NCBI GenBank assembly: GCA_016872515.1
Contig: VGZR01000008.1
Coordinates: 4,112 to 68,111 of the forward strand
DNA from: SAR202 cluster bacterium
Lineage (GTDB): Bacteria; Chloroflexota; Dehalococcoidia; Lucifugimonadales; VGZR01
Direction of reading: 5' to 3'
DNA length: 64,000 bases
Shown in pieces: positions 9,677 to 18,277 of this stretch; the stretch's first letter is position 1, and every line of letters begins with the position of its first letter. A model generated the notes under the pieces. The model searched no databases, was not told where the DNA came from, and saw only the letters and a program-made list of their open reading frames with translations. A program made the translations under genes and the position numbers.

Positions 9677-10394
9677 TCTTTCCTTTTCGTGGACTGAGAA
9701 GGAACTGGTGCACCAGGCCAGCCAGAGTCGCGCCGATGAGCGGCCCGACCCAGTAGATCCAGTGGTCCGCCCACGCGCCCGCGGCCACGGCGGGGCCGAG
9801 GCTGCGCGCCGGGTTGACGCCCGCGCCGGTCAAGGGAACGGCAACAAGGTGGATGACCAGGATGGAGAAGCCGATGGCCAACGGCGCCAGGTTGCCGGCG
9901 CCCCTGCGGTCCACGGCGGTCATGAAGACCGTGAAGACGAGGACGAAGGTCAGGATGATCTCGACGAGGAGGCCCATGGCTGCCGTGATGCCGTTCCCGA
10001 GCCCATGAGCGCCGAGGTTGCCTTCCACCGCATCGGGAGAAACGACCATGAGGAGCAGCGCGCCGATGATGGCCCCCGTAAGCTGGGCCGCGACGTACAT
10101 GGCCCCCTTAGTCATGCTGATCTTGCGGGTGACGACCATGGAGAAGGTGACCGCGGGGTTGATGTGGCCCCCGGAGACGTTCGCCGTCGCGAAGACCAGC
10201 AAGGCGATGGCGAGGCCATGCGCGAGGGCGATGGCGACCAGCCGGCCCGTATCCAGAGCACCGCCGCTGGCGATGCCGCTGGCGACCACCGCACCGCCGC
10301 CGATGAAGATGAACAGCAGCGTCACGATGAACTCAGCCAGGGAGTGCTGCCACGCTTCGACGTTGAACAGGTCGCTTCCAGCCTTCGTCGTCAT
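9663..10394 (-). CDS. MIP-family channel (aquaporin/glycerol facilitator)
   Basis: 243 aa with two NPA boxes (GGHINPAVTF, GAGVNPARSLG). AGGAGG lies before the ATG. Confidence 0.92.
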   Translation of the reverse strand: MTTKAGSDLFNVEAWQHSLAEFIVTLLFIFIGGGAVVASGIASGGALDTGRLVAIALAHGLAIALLVFATANVSGGHINPAVTFSMVVTRKISMTKGAMYVAAQLTGAIIGALLLMVVSPDAVEGNLGAHGLGNGITAAMGLLVEIILTFVLVFTVFMTAVDRRGAGNLAPLAIGFSILVIHLVAVPLTGAGVNPARSLGPAVAAGAWADHWIYWVGPLIGATLAGLVHQFLLSPRKGKNGTG

Positions 10395-10484
10395 CCAGTG
10401 CCTCCTAGGACGATGTCAATGGCCGCTTCGGTGGATGCCTCCACTCCCGCGGCAGCACATGGTACCCACGCCGTCTGCGGCGTG

Positions 10485-11363
10485 TCAACGGCTCGGCCGG
10501 CCCTCCGCTAGGTCGCGGAGCCACTCCCGCACACTCGGGGCTACGTCCTTGCGCTGCATCGCCACATGAGCAGACGCCTTCAGCAGCCCGGCGGGCACCC
10601 CGACATCGAAGTGCATACCGGGGAACCGGTACGCGTAGGCCCCCTGACTGCGCGCCACGGCGTCCAGGGCGTCGGTGAGCTGTATCTCCCCTATCGCGCC
10701 GGGCCTGCCGCGGGCCAGTTCGTCGAAGACCTGAGGCGTCAGCACGTACCGCCCGACGATTCCCAGGTTGGACGGCGCATCCTCTGGCTTCGGCTTCTCC
10801 ACCATCCGCCGGATGCGGTAGAGCCGGTCGCCCGCCGGCTCCGGGTCTATGACGCCCAGGCTCGATACCTGCTCCCTCGGCACTTCGCGGACCGCGATGA
10901 CGCTCGCCCCCACCCGTTCGAAGACCTCGATCATACTGCCGATGGTCGGCTTCTCGCTCCAGATAAGGTCGTCGGGGAGAAAGACCGCGAACGGCTCGTC
11001 GCCGACGATGTCCCTGGCCGTTGACACGGCATGCCCCAGCCCGAGGGGTTGCATCTGGTGCACGTAGCGGATGGTCGCCATGTCGGGGATGGCCTCCATG
11101 CGCTGAAGCAATTCGGTCTGGCCGCGCTTGCGAAGGGCGTTCTCCAGCTTCGGCATCCGTCGGAAGTAGCGGGAGATGGCCTCCTGCCCCTCGGAGATGA
11201 CCATGATGATCTCCACGATGCCCGCGAGGGCCGCCTCCTGCACGATGTAGTGCACCGAGGGCGTGTCGAGGATGGGAAGGAGGACCTTGGGGACGGACCG
11301 GGTGACGGGCAGGAAGCGGGTGCCGAATCCGGCGGCGGGGACGACGGCCTTGCGTACCTTCAT
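10485..11363 (-). CDS. galU: UTP--glucose-1-phosphate uridylyltransferase
   Basis: MKVRKAVVPAAGFGTRFLPVTRSVPKVLLPI...VEKPKPEDAPSNL, 292 aa. Confidence 0.9.
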   Translation of the reverse strand: MKVRKAVVPAAGFGTRFLPVTRSVPKVLLPILDTPSVHYIVQEAALAGIVEIIMVISEGQEAISRYFRRMPKLENALRKRGQTELLQRMEAIPDMATIRYVHQMQPLGLGHAVSTARDIVGDEPFAVFLPDDLIWSEKPTIGSMIEVFERVGASVIAVREVPREQVSSLGVIDPEPAGDRLYRIRRMVEKPKPEDAPSNLGIVGRYVLTPQVFDELARGRPGAIGEIQLTDALDAVARSQGAYAYRFPGMHFDVGVPAGLLKASAHVAMQRKDVAPSVREWLRDLAEGRPSR

Positions 11364-11369
11364 GAGGAG

Positions 11370-12668
11370 CTAGGCGGCGGCGACCTCGCCGGTGCGATAG
11401 ACACGGCGCAGGATAGGTTGAGCCAGTACGAGGCTAAGCAGGATGGCCAGGAAGGCTACCGAGGTGGCGTAGAAGATTACCGGGGCATTCACGGTGTCGG
11501 CCAGGAAGCCGTAGCCAAGATTGGCGAAGGCCATGATGCCGCCGGCATGGAGCACATACAGGCTGGCGATGCGGCCCCGGAGCCTGTCCGGCGAGATGGA
11601 GAGGACATAGGCGTTCGTGATGGCCATGAAGGTGGCCTGGGCCGCACCCATCGCCGCCGCGAAGAAGACCGCCGGAACGATATTGCCCATCGTAGCGAGC
11701 AGGATGGGGGCGATGCCGCTGGCAAGCCCAGTCCAGACCATCAGCTGGCCCTTCAGCTTCTCCGCTCGCACACCCGCGACGAGCAGGGTGCCAATGAGCG
11801 ACCCTGCGCCGAACCCCATGACGAGGTACCCGAGGAAGGAACCGTCGGTGGCGCCGAGCTGCTCACGGGAGAAGATGGGCGTGACCGAGTCGTAGGACAT
11901 GACGAGGGCGCAGTGGAAGGCCACGACGAGGATGAAGATGGCGATGATCTGGTTGCTATAGATATACTTCAGCCCCTCCACCATGCCTTGCAACGGAGAT
12001 TGCTGTGTCCTGCCGTCGCCGCTCGAAATGGTAAGGCCGCGCATCATGAAGAAGGCGGCGCAGGCGTACAGGACGGCGCTGAATACCAGAACACCCTCCA
12101 CGCCTACGGAGTCCCAGGCTAGAAGTGGTGATGCGATCAGCAACCCGAAGAAACGGGCGCCGTGGCGGGTCATGGCGAAGAGGGTGATGGCGTTGAGCAA
12201 GTTGTGCTGCGGGACCTGGTTGGGGATGAGGGCCTGGACCGACGGCTCCGACGTGCTCCGGAACGCCCCAGCCACGAAGGCGAGTATGGCAACGTGCCAG
12301 ATCTCGACGGCGCCGGTCAACACCAGGGCGGCCAGCGTTGCGGCCACGGCCGCCTCTCCGGTGAAGCATATCGCGGCAAGGTTTCGCCGGTTCAGCCGGT
12401 CGGCCAGCAGTCCCGCGACCGGCGACACGACCAGAAAGGGCAGCATCGCAGCGAAGGTCGTCACGCCGACCCAGCCGGACGAGTCCGAATCGTTCAGCGT
12501 CCACCAGGAGACGGCCACCAGCAGCGCCCACATGCCCGCGCCCGCGAACATATTGCCTATCCACGTGTAGCGGAAGTCGCGGTACTGGAGGGACGCGAGG
12601 TGCGGAATGCCTGTGAGTTGCTTGAGGGACGAAGGGCCTACCAAGAGCGGAACGCTTTCACGACACAA
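11370..12668 (-). CDS. MFS transporter
   Basis: 432 aa, about 12 predicted TM helices, with DRLNRRN between TM2 and TM3 (MFS signature position). Confidence 0.8.
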   Translation of the reverse strand: MCRESVPLLVGPSSLKQLTGIPHLASLQYRDFRYTWIGNMFAGAGMWALLVAVSWWTLNDSDSSGWVGVTTFAAMLPFLVVSPVAGLLADRLNRRNLAAICFTGEAAVAATLAALVLTGAVEIWHVAILAFVAGAFRSTSEPSVQALIPNQVPQHNLLNAITLFAMTRHGARFFGLLIASPLLAWDSVGVEGVLVFSAVLYACAAFFMMRGLTISSGDGRTQQSPLQGMVEGLKYIYSNQIIAIFILVVAFHCALVMSYDSVTPIFSREQLGATDGSFLGYLVMGFGAGSLIGTLLVAGVRAEKLKGQLMVWTGLASGIAPILLATMGNIVPAVFFAAAMGAAQATFMAITNAYVLSISPDRLRGRIASLYVLHAGGIMAFANLGYGFLADTVNAPVIFYATSVAFLAILLSLVLAQPILRRVYRTGEVAAA

Positions 12669-12734
12669 TCGGAACGCATAGCCGCGATTATAGCAGGCGG
12701 CATAGAGGGAGCGACAGCATGCCGCGTGCCCGGC

Positions 12735-13742
12735 CTACTTCGGCGTGGGCGCCTGCTCGGGGATGAGGTCCTCGTGCTTCAACTCGGCCCACAGATCGCG
12801 TGGGATAGGGTGCTGCACCATACGCACGTTGTCCTCCACCTCATCTGGCGTCCTTGCGCCGGGGATGGTCGCGGCCACCGCAGGGTGGGCCAGACCGAAC
12901 TGGAGCGCCGCCGCCTTGAGCGGCACGCGGTAGCGGTCGCAGACCGCCTTGATGCGCTGCGCCTTGGCGAGCACGTGGTACGGCGCGTTGAGGTAGTGGA
13001 ACTTGGCCCCCTCGGACAGGTCCGAAGCTAGCACACCGCTGTTGTACGGCCCGCCGAGGATGACGCTGATGCCCTTCTTCTGGCAGAGCGGCAACACGTC
13101 CCACAAGGCCGAGTGCTCCAGCAATGTGTAGCGCCCCGCGATAAGGAAGCAGTCGAACTCCCCGTCCCGTATGAACGGCTCGGCGTCCCCCGCGTGGTTC
13201 AGGCCGCACCCGATGGCCTTCACCTTGCTCTGGGAGCGCAGCTCCGCCAGCGTCGGATACGCTTCCCCGATGATCCGGTCATACTGGTGCCACCGCTCGT
13301 TGGGGTCGTGGATGAGCACGATGTCGGCTCTGTCCAGCTTGAGCCGCTTGAGACTGTCGTCCAGGGACTTGAGCACCCCTTTCCGGGTGTCGTCGAAGCG
13401 CGGCTGGAACGGAGGCAGGTTCTTGAACGTGTCGTCCGCGTAGGTACGGGTACGCTTGCCTCGCACCGGCTCCAGCACTCTGCCCACCTTGGTCGAGATG
13501 ACGAAGCTGTCCCGTTTGACCCCGCGCAGCGCCTCGCCGATGAACATCTCGCTCTTGCCATACCCGTACTGCGGCGCTGTGTCTATGTAGCGTATCCCCA
13601 GGTCCAGCGCCCGGCGCACCGAGTCGGAGGCTGCCTTGGCGGGCACGTCGGCGTACAGTCCGCCAAGGGCGGCTCCGCCCAGGCCGAGCACCGTCACCTT
13701 CAGGCCGGTCTTCCCTATCTGTCGGGTCTCCAGCGGCTTCAT
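12735..13742 (-). CDS. Aldo/keto reductase
   Basis: ATG 13742 preceded by GAGGTGAG. MKPLETRQIGKTGLKVTVLGLGGAALGG...IRYIDTAPQYGYGKSE. The track ORF start (13784) is probably an over-extension. Confidence 0.85.
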   Translation of the reverse strand: MKPLETRQIGKTGLKVTVLGLGGAALGGLYADVPAKAASDSVRRALDLGIRYIDTAPQYGYGKSEMFIGEALRGVKRDSFVISTKVGRVLEPVRGKRTRTYADDTFKNLPPFQPRFDDTRKGVLKSLDDSLKRLKLDRADIVLIHDPNERWHQYDRIIGEAYPTLAELRSQSKVKAIGCGLNHAGDAEPFIRDGEFDCFLIAGRYTLLEHSALWDVLPLCQKKGISVILGGPYNSGVLASDLSEGAKFHYLNAPYHVLAKAQRIKAVCDRYRVPLKAAALQFGLAHPAVAATIPGARTPDEVEDNVRMVQHPIPRDLWAELKHEDLIPEQAPTPK

Positions 13743-13829
13743 CGCTCTCACCTCTCGCTCAACGGCATGGGCAGATGGCCCCATATGCTACCATGCCTCC
13801 CGAGCGCGACCCTCGGAAGGAGGCCAACG

Positions 13830-14183
13830 ATGCGACTGGTGAAGCAAAAGTGCGTGGCATGTCGCGCAGGCTCCCCGCGGGTGACTCCCGAGGAGGTCGC
13901 CGAGTTCCGGCCGCAGGTGCCCGAGTGGGCCATCACCCAGGCCGACGGCATTGACCGGCTGGAGCGCACTTTCCGCCTCGACGATTTCGCCTCCGCCCTG
14001 GCATTCGCCAACGAGGTCGGCGCGCTGGCGGAGGAAGAAGACCATCACCCCATGCTCGTGGTCGAATGGGGCCGCGTCCGCGTCGTGTGGTGGACCCACA
14101 AGATCAAGGGGCTGCACCGCAACGACTTCGTCATGGCCGCCAAGACCGACGAGGCCTTCAAGAGCCTATCCGGGCCAGCCTAG
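13830..14183 (+). CDS. Pterin-4-alpha-carbinolamine dehydratase
   Basis: ATG 13830 after GGAAGGAGG. 117 aa. ...FASALAFANEVGALAEEEDHHPMLVVEWGRVRVVWWTHK... (DHHP motif). This is the 3' part of track ORF 13113-14183. Confidence 0.85.
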   Translation: MRLVKQKCVACRAGSPRVTPEEVAEFRPQVPEWAITQADGIDRLERTFRLDDFASALAFANEVGALAEEEDHHPMLVVEWGRVRVVWWTHKIKGLHRNDFVMAAKTDEAFKSLSGPA

Positions 14184-14983
14184 AATACCAGCAGCCGCCG
14201 GACGTCGGCGGGGGTCAGCAACCTGCCCTCCGTCACCACCCCAACGAACATCTCCAGCGGCACCTCTTCGTACCCCGCCTCCGCCGGTACGTCCCGAATG
14301 AGTTTGACCGACTCACACACCGCGTACATCGGGAACCTCCCCTGGGCGGCCTTCGCCAGCTCTAGGCTCGGCGTGCCGTTGACGACGTACTTGGTCGTCA
14401 CTGCATCGGCGCCGATGAAGCCAGCTTGGATGCCGCCTGCAGCAGCCAACCCTGCCGCGTCCACGACCTCGGTGGAGACACCCCTCTCGCCAAGCTCCAC
14501 CGCCAGCCGCCGTCCGTAGGCCGCTGGCTCAGGATTCGTTTCCAACACCACGATGCGCGGCTGTTTTCTGGCCTCCACCGCATGCTTGCACAACCTCATT
14601 ATCGCCGAGCCGTAGCTGCATGTCGCCACCACGGCGCCAACCTTCACCAGCCCCGCCGCGCGGCGCGCTGCCCCCTCCGAGGCCTCGCGCAGCGTCAGCA
14701 CGTGCTCCTGCGCGACCCACCGCGCGGACCTCTTCCCTGCATCCGGCCCGAGCCCTATCAGCTCCGATGCCAGCCGCTCGACCCCGTTGCCCAGCCCTGC
14801 CATCACCGGCTTCGCGCCCGAGATCCGACCCGCCAGCGATTCAAGCTGTTCCGCCCACCCTTCTTCTGCGCCCATCTCAGCCGCAATCTCGCCCAGCAGC
14901 ATGAGGCCCTCGGCCGTCAGCCACGCCGACCCGTGCTCGCGGTCTAGCCTTATCGCCTCGATGCGGGCTTCAACGTCTTGCAT
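14180..14983 (-). CDS. eIF-2B alpha/beta/delta-like family protein (short form)
   Basis: 267 aa. MQDVEARIEAIRLDREHGSAWL...VVLETNPEPAAYGRRLAVEL...IGADAVTTKYVVNGTPS. Family assignment made by eye. Confidence 0.6.
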   Translation of the reverse strand: MQDVEARIEAIRLDREHGSAWLTAEGLMLLGEIAAEMGAEEGWAEQLESLAGRISGAKPVMAGLGNGVERLASELIGLGPDAGKRSARWVAQEHVLTLREASEGAARRAAGLVKVGAVVATCSYGSAIMRLCKHAVEARKQPRIVVLETNPEPAAYGRRLAVELGERGVSTEVVDAAGLAAAGGIQAGFIGADAVTTKYVVNGTPSLELAKAAQGRFPMYAVCESVKLIRDVPAEAGYEEVPLEMFVGVVTEGRLLTPADVRRLLVF

Positions 14984-15094
14984 AGGTATTCATCCGCCTC
15001 CTTGAGCGTAGGCGGCCGTCGTGCCAGAGGAAACACGTGACCGCTTTTCGCGTCTCGTTCATGTTGCAGCTATGTGCGCTGGTGAGGTACTATC

Positions 15095-16378
15095 GTGCCT
15101 CGGCATTCCATCCTCTCGCTACCTGGGAGCCACCTTCGCGTGTTGTACGACGCTATCGTAGTCGGCGCAGGCCCCGCTGGGAACCTGGCGGCCCTCCGGC
15201 TGGCCGAAGCAGGCCACCGGGCATGTGTCGTTGATTGGCGGCAGAACATCGGCGACAAACTCTGCACCGGCATCGTCGGCCGCGAGTGCATGGCCCGCTA
15301 TCCCGTGAACCCCGGCGACATCTACCGCGCTGCCAATTCTGCCACACTGGTCTCTCCATCGGGGAAGCGTTTCAAGCTCGCGAAGACGCGCCCCCAAGCC
15401 TACATCGTCAACCGCGTCTCTTTCGTCTCCTCCATCGCCGCTCAGGCCCAACAAGCGGGCGCCACCTACCTCCTTGGTCCCAAGGTGACGGGCATCCAGC
15501 TCAGCGACAGGGGCGTCGCCATCCAGACCGAATACCAAGCCAGCCGCGACGTGCTTCAGGGCCGTCTGCTCATCCTCGCCAGCGGCTTCGCCTCCCCATT
15601 GGTGAAGATGGCCGGCCTGGCGGGCGGCGGCCACGGCAACGCGATGATTGGCTCCCAGGTCGAAGTGGAGACAGCAGGCGTCGAGGAGACCGAGGTCTAT
15701 CTCGGCAATGCCGTCGCGCCGGGGTCGTTCGGCTGGCTCGTGCCGCTGGCCGACTCCCGCGCGCTCGTCGGCATCGCGACCCGCAAGAAACTGAACGGCC
15801 ACTTGCCGGAGTTCGTGTCCAGTCTTCAGAAGTCGGGCAAGGTGCGCGCGGCCGTCAAGAAGCCACAGAATTGGGGCATCCCGGTCAGGCCGCTGCCGAA
15901 GACCTACGCGGAGCGCGTGCTGGTCGTCGGCGACGCCGCAGGCCTGGCCAAGCCGACCACCGGCGGCGGCATCTACTACGCCCTCCTGTCCGGCGAGATC
16001 GCCGTCAAGACCGCGGGCGGCGCCATCGCCCGCGGCGACTTCTCGGCCCGCATGCTGAGGGAGTATGAGAAGGGCTGGAAGGCCGTCCTGGGCAAGGAGC
16101 TGCGCATCGGCTACCTGGCCAGGGTGCTCTATGAGGTGCTCGGCGACCGCCAGATAGACTCCCTGCTTGAGAGCGTACTGGCGAAGGATGTCCAGGAGGA
16201 CTTCCTGGCCTCGGAAGACTTCTCCTTCGACTGGCACAGCGTCCTCATCAAGAAGGCCGTGAACCACCGCGTGGCGGGCCGGGTCATCGCCTCATTCGGC
16301 CCCGACTCGTCAGGGTTGGCCCGTGCCGTCCCGATGAGTCGGGACGAGGCGGTCCAGCCTTTTGTGCCTCAGCCCTAA
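15095..16378 (+). CDS. Geranylgeranyl reductase-family FAD-dependent oxidoreductase (paralogue 1)
   Basis: YDAIVVGAGPAGNLAALRLAEAGHRACVVD (dinucleotide fold) ...VVGDAAGLAKPTTGGGIYYA. The true start may be GTG 15140. Confidence 0.8.
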   Translation: MPRHSILSLPGSHLRVLYDAIVVGAGPAGNLAALRLAEAGHRACVVDWRQNIGDKLCTGIVGRECMARYPVNPGDIYRAANSATLVSPSGKRFKLAKTRPQAYIVNRVSFVSSIAAQAQQAGATYLLGPKVTGIQLSDRGVAIQTEYQASRDVLQGRLLILASGFASPLVKMAGLAGGGHGNAMIGSQVEVETAGVEETEVYLGNAVAPGSFGWLVPLADSRALVGIATRKKLNGHLPEFVSSLQKSGKVRAAVKKPQNWGIPVRPLPKTYAERVLVVGDAAGLAKPTTGGGIYYALLSGEIAVKTAGGAIARGDFSARMLREYEKGWKAVLGKELRIGYLARVLYEVLGDRQIDSLLESVLAKDVQEDFLASEDFSFDWHSVLIKKAVNHRVAGRVIASFGPDSSGLARAVPMSRDEAVQPFVPQP

Positions 16379-17286
16379 CCCAGCACCTGCTTCAGCAGCG
16401 CCATCCGGACCACCAACGCGTTCTCCGACTGCCGGTAGAACGCCAGCCGCTTGTCCTGCACCTCCACGATGAAGTCGCCGCTGCGCTGCATCGGGTCCAG
16501 GATGATGCAGTGCGGCTGCAGGACGGACATGAACTTCGCGTCTATCCGCAGGTTGAAGGCGTTGCGCGATCGGAGCAACTGTACGTGGGCGATGGTGCGC
16601 GGGCTGTTGAGGTAGATGGCGTCGGCATCGCGCAGCGCCTCATGTCCCTCAGCTCTGGCGAATTTCATGCCTCGCCCCTCGCAGTACTGGACCACCGCAG
16701 GGTCCACGTCGCCGCTGAACGGCACCAGCGTCACCTTCACGTCTTGGAACGTCGCTAGGCCGGTCAGCAGCGCTGCCACGTTCCGGTGCTCCATCCGCCC
16801 CATGATGGCCACGTGCGCGCCGTCCACCTTGCCAAGCTCGCGGGAGATGGTCAGGATGTCCGCCAGCGCCTGCGTCGGGTGGTCGTCCAGGCTGCCCCCG
16901 TTGACGATAGGCAGCGCGTCGGCGGCCTCGGCCCGGTCCATCACCCCACGCTCGCTGCTCCGCAGAACAACCACATCCACCCTCAGGCTCGCCAGCACCC
17001 CGATGACGTTGTCTATGAAGTTGGGCGTCGTCACAGGGAAGAACTGGGACGCGTCCTCGGTATGGTACCACTGCCCGCCCAGCAGACCCATCGCCCGCTC
17101 GAAGGACGTCCTCGTGATGAAGCTTGGCTCGTAGAAGAGGCAGTAGAGCGCGCGGCCACGTAGCTCCTGGCCTGGGACGCGGCGCTTGTCGAACTCGTGG
17201 CACAGCGGAAACAGCTCTCTCTCGATCCAGTCCCGTGTGATCTGCTTCGTGCTGGTCATGTGGCGGATCGCGGGCATCAATTCCAC
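16375..17286 (-). CDS. Aspartate/ornithine carbamoyltransferase-family protein, divergent active-site motifs
   Basis: 303 aa. Has YEPSFITRTSFE where STRTR is expected, retains DDHPTQALADI, and has ILDPMQR where HPLPR is expected. Confidence 0.65.
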   Translation of the reverse strand: MELMPAIRHMTSTKQITRDWIERELFPLCHEFDKRRVPGQELRGRALYCLFYEPSFITRTSFERAMGLLGGQWYHTEDASQFFPVTTPNFIDNVIGVLASLRVDVVVLRSSERGVMDRAEAADALPIVNGGSLDDHPTQALADILTISRELGKVDGAHVAIMGRMEHRNVAALLTGLATFQDVKVTLVPFSGDVDPAVVQYCEGRGMKFARAEGHEALRDADAIYLNSPRTIAHVQLLRSRNAFNLRIDAKFMSVLQPHCIILDPMQRSGDFIVEVQDKRLAFYRQSENALVVRMALLKQVLG

Positions 17287-17353
17287 CTTGCTGCATCATA
17301 TAGTTGCGCTAACGTGTCGTAGGCGCCAACTCAAGAGTTTACACTAAGACCCT

Positions 17354-17827
17354 ATGTGCCCACCCCGAATGACCAAGTCACCCATGAACATCAGGACAGC
17401 CGTGGCCATCCTCGCCTGGCTTCCCGTGCTGCTGTGGATGGCCGCCATCTTCATCATGTCCAGCTTCCCGGGCGTCGAGGTGGAGCGGAGGGCATCCAGG
17501 ATCGAGGAGTTGGTGCCGGTGGCCGGCAAGGCCGTTGTCCATCCGGCGACGTTCCATGTGGCCGTCTACGCCCTCCTCGCTGCCTTTACTTTCGTTTGGG
17601 CACGTTTCCAAAAGGGCCCCGTGCTAAGTTCCGGTTTGACCGCGGTGGTAGTCACCATCGTCTATGGCGGCACCGACGAGCTCCACCAGGCCTTCGTCCC
17701 TGGCCGCTCGTGCTCGGCGGCGGACGTCGGCTACGACGCTATGGGTGCCCTGCTCGGCGTGCTCGCCTGCTGGCTGGCTGTTCGAGCGGCGGCATGGCGG
17801 GCGCGCGCAAAGAATACCCCGCACTGA
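17354..17827 (+). CDS. VanZ-family membrane protein
   Basis: 157 aa, 4 TM segments, GGTDELHQAFVPGRSCSAADVGYDAMGA. The start may be one of the downstream ATGs (17369 or 17384). Confidence 0.7.
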   Translation: MCPPRMTKSPMNIRTAVAILAWLPVLLWMAAIFIMSSFPGVEVERRASRIEELVPVAGKAVVHPATFHVAVYALLAAFTFVWARFQKGPVLSSGLTAVVVTIVYGGTDELHQAFVPGRSCSAADVGYDAMGALLGVLACWLAVRAAAWRARAKNTPH

Positions 17828-17842
17828 AAAACCCTTGTCCTA

Positions 17843-17851
17843 TGCTATAAT
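17843..17851 (+). promoter_or_regulatory. Extended -10 element upstream of tRNA-Ala
   Basis: TGcTATAAT, ending 20 nt before the tRNA 5' end. No convincing -35. Confidence 0.4.
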
Positions 17852-17871
17852 CGGGACGAGACGGCGAGCGT

Positions 17872-17947
17872 GGGGATATAGCTCAACTGGGAGAGCACGG
17901 CGTTCGCAATGCCGGGGTTGGGGGTTCGACTCCCCCTATCTCCACCA
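17872..17947 (+). tRNA. tRNA-Ala (anticodon CGC), CCA encoded
   Basis: Hand-folded cloverleaf. Acceptor GGGGATA/TATCTCC with the G3:U70 Ala identity pair. D arm GCTC-AACTGGGA-GAGC. Anticodon arm CGGCG-TTCGCAA-TGCCG. T arm GGGGG-TTCGACT-CCCCC. Discriminator A plus CCA. Confidence 0.93.
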
Positions 17948-18002
17948 ACCTCTTCCCTCTTCCACGCCAGGCTCACCGCAATCCACCACCCGAGGGCCGT
18001 AT

Positions 18003-18230
18003 TTGCCCAACCGAGTCCTCATCTACACCCACCCGGAATGCACCTACTCCGCGGCGCTCAAGGACGACCTGAACACCGCCGGGACGAAGTACGAAGAGGT
18101 TGACCTTGCCCTGCACCCAGAGGCCTGGGCCGAGGTCGAGCAGTTCACCGGCGGAGACCGCATCACCCCTGTCATGCTCGAAGACGGCAAGGTCACCGTC
18201 GGCTACTACGGGGTTGGGTGAACCTTCTGA
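18003..18230 (+). CDS. Glutaredoxin-like small protein, candidate C-terminal U-x-x-stop selenoprotein (TGA 18219-18221 read as Sec)
   Basis: TTG 18003 with GAGGG 8 nt upstream. (M)PNRVLIYTHPECTYSAALKDDLNTAGTKYEEVDL...DRITPVMLEDGKVTVGYYGVG-TGA-ACC-TTC-TGA. Without recoding the CDS ends at 18221. Confidence 0.6.
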
Positions 18231-18233
18231 CCC

Positions 18234-18252
18234 GCGGGGCCGTCGGCCCCGC
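18234..18252 (+). promoter_or_regulatory. SECIS-like hairpin after TGA 18219
   Basis: GCGGGGCC (18234-18241), loop GUC, GGCCCCGC (18245-18252). Starts 12 nt after the TGA. No U-tract follows. Confidence 0.5.
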
Positions 18253-18277
18253 CGTAACCCAAGTCCAGGAGGACGAT

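Noticed and set aside
17828-18002. tRNA-Sec (selC) near the selenoprotein candidates
   Set aside because: The only cloverleaf here is a standard 76-nt tRNA-Ala (G3:U70, anticodon CGC). It has no UCA anticodon, no long variable arm and no 8-bp acceptor stem.
18218-18277. N-terminal extension of the TlpA-like ORF (track start GTG 18218, overlapping the Grx-like stop)
   Set aside because: GTG 18278 has a perfect AGGAGG 5 nt upstream, whereas the stretch 18231-18277 is better explained as the spacer holding the SECIS-like hairpin. The longer start cannot be strictly excluded.
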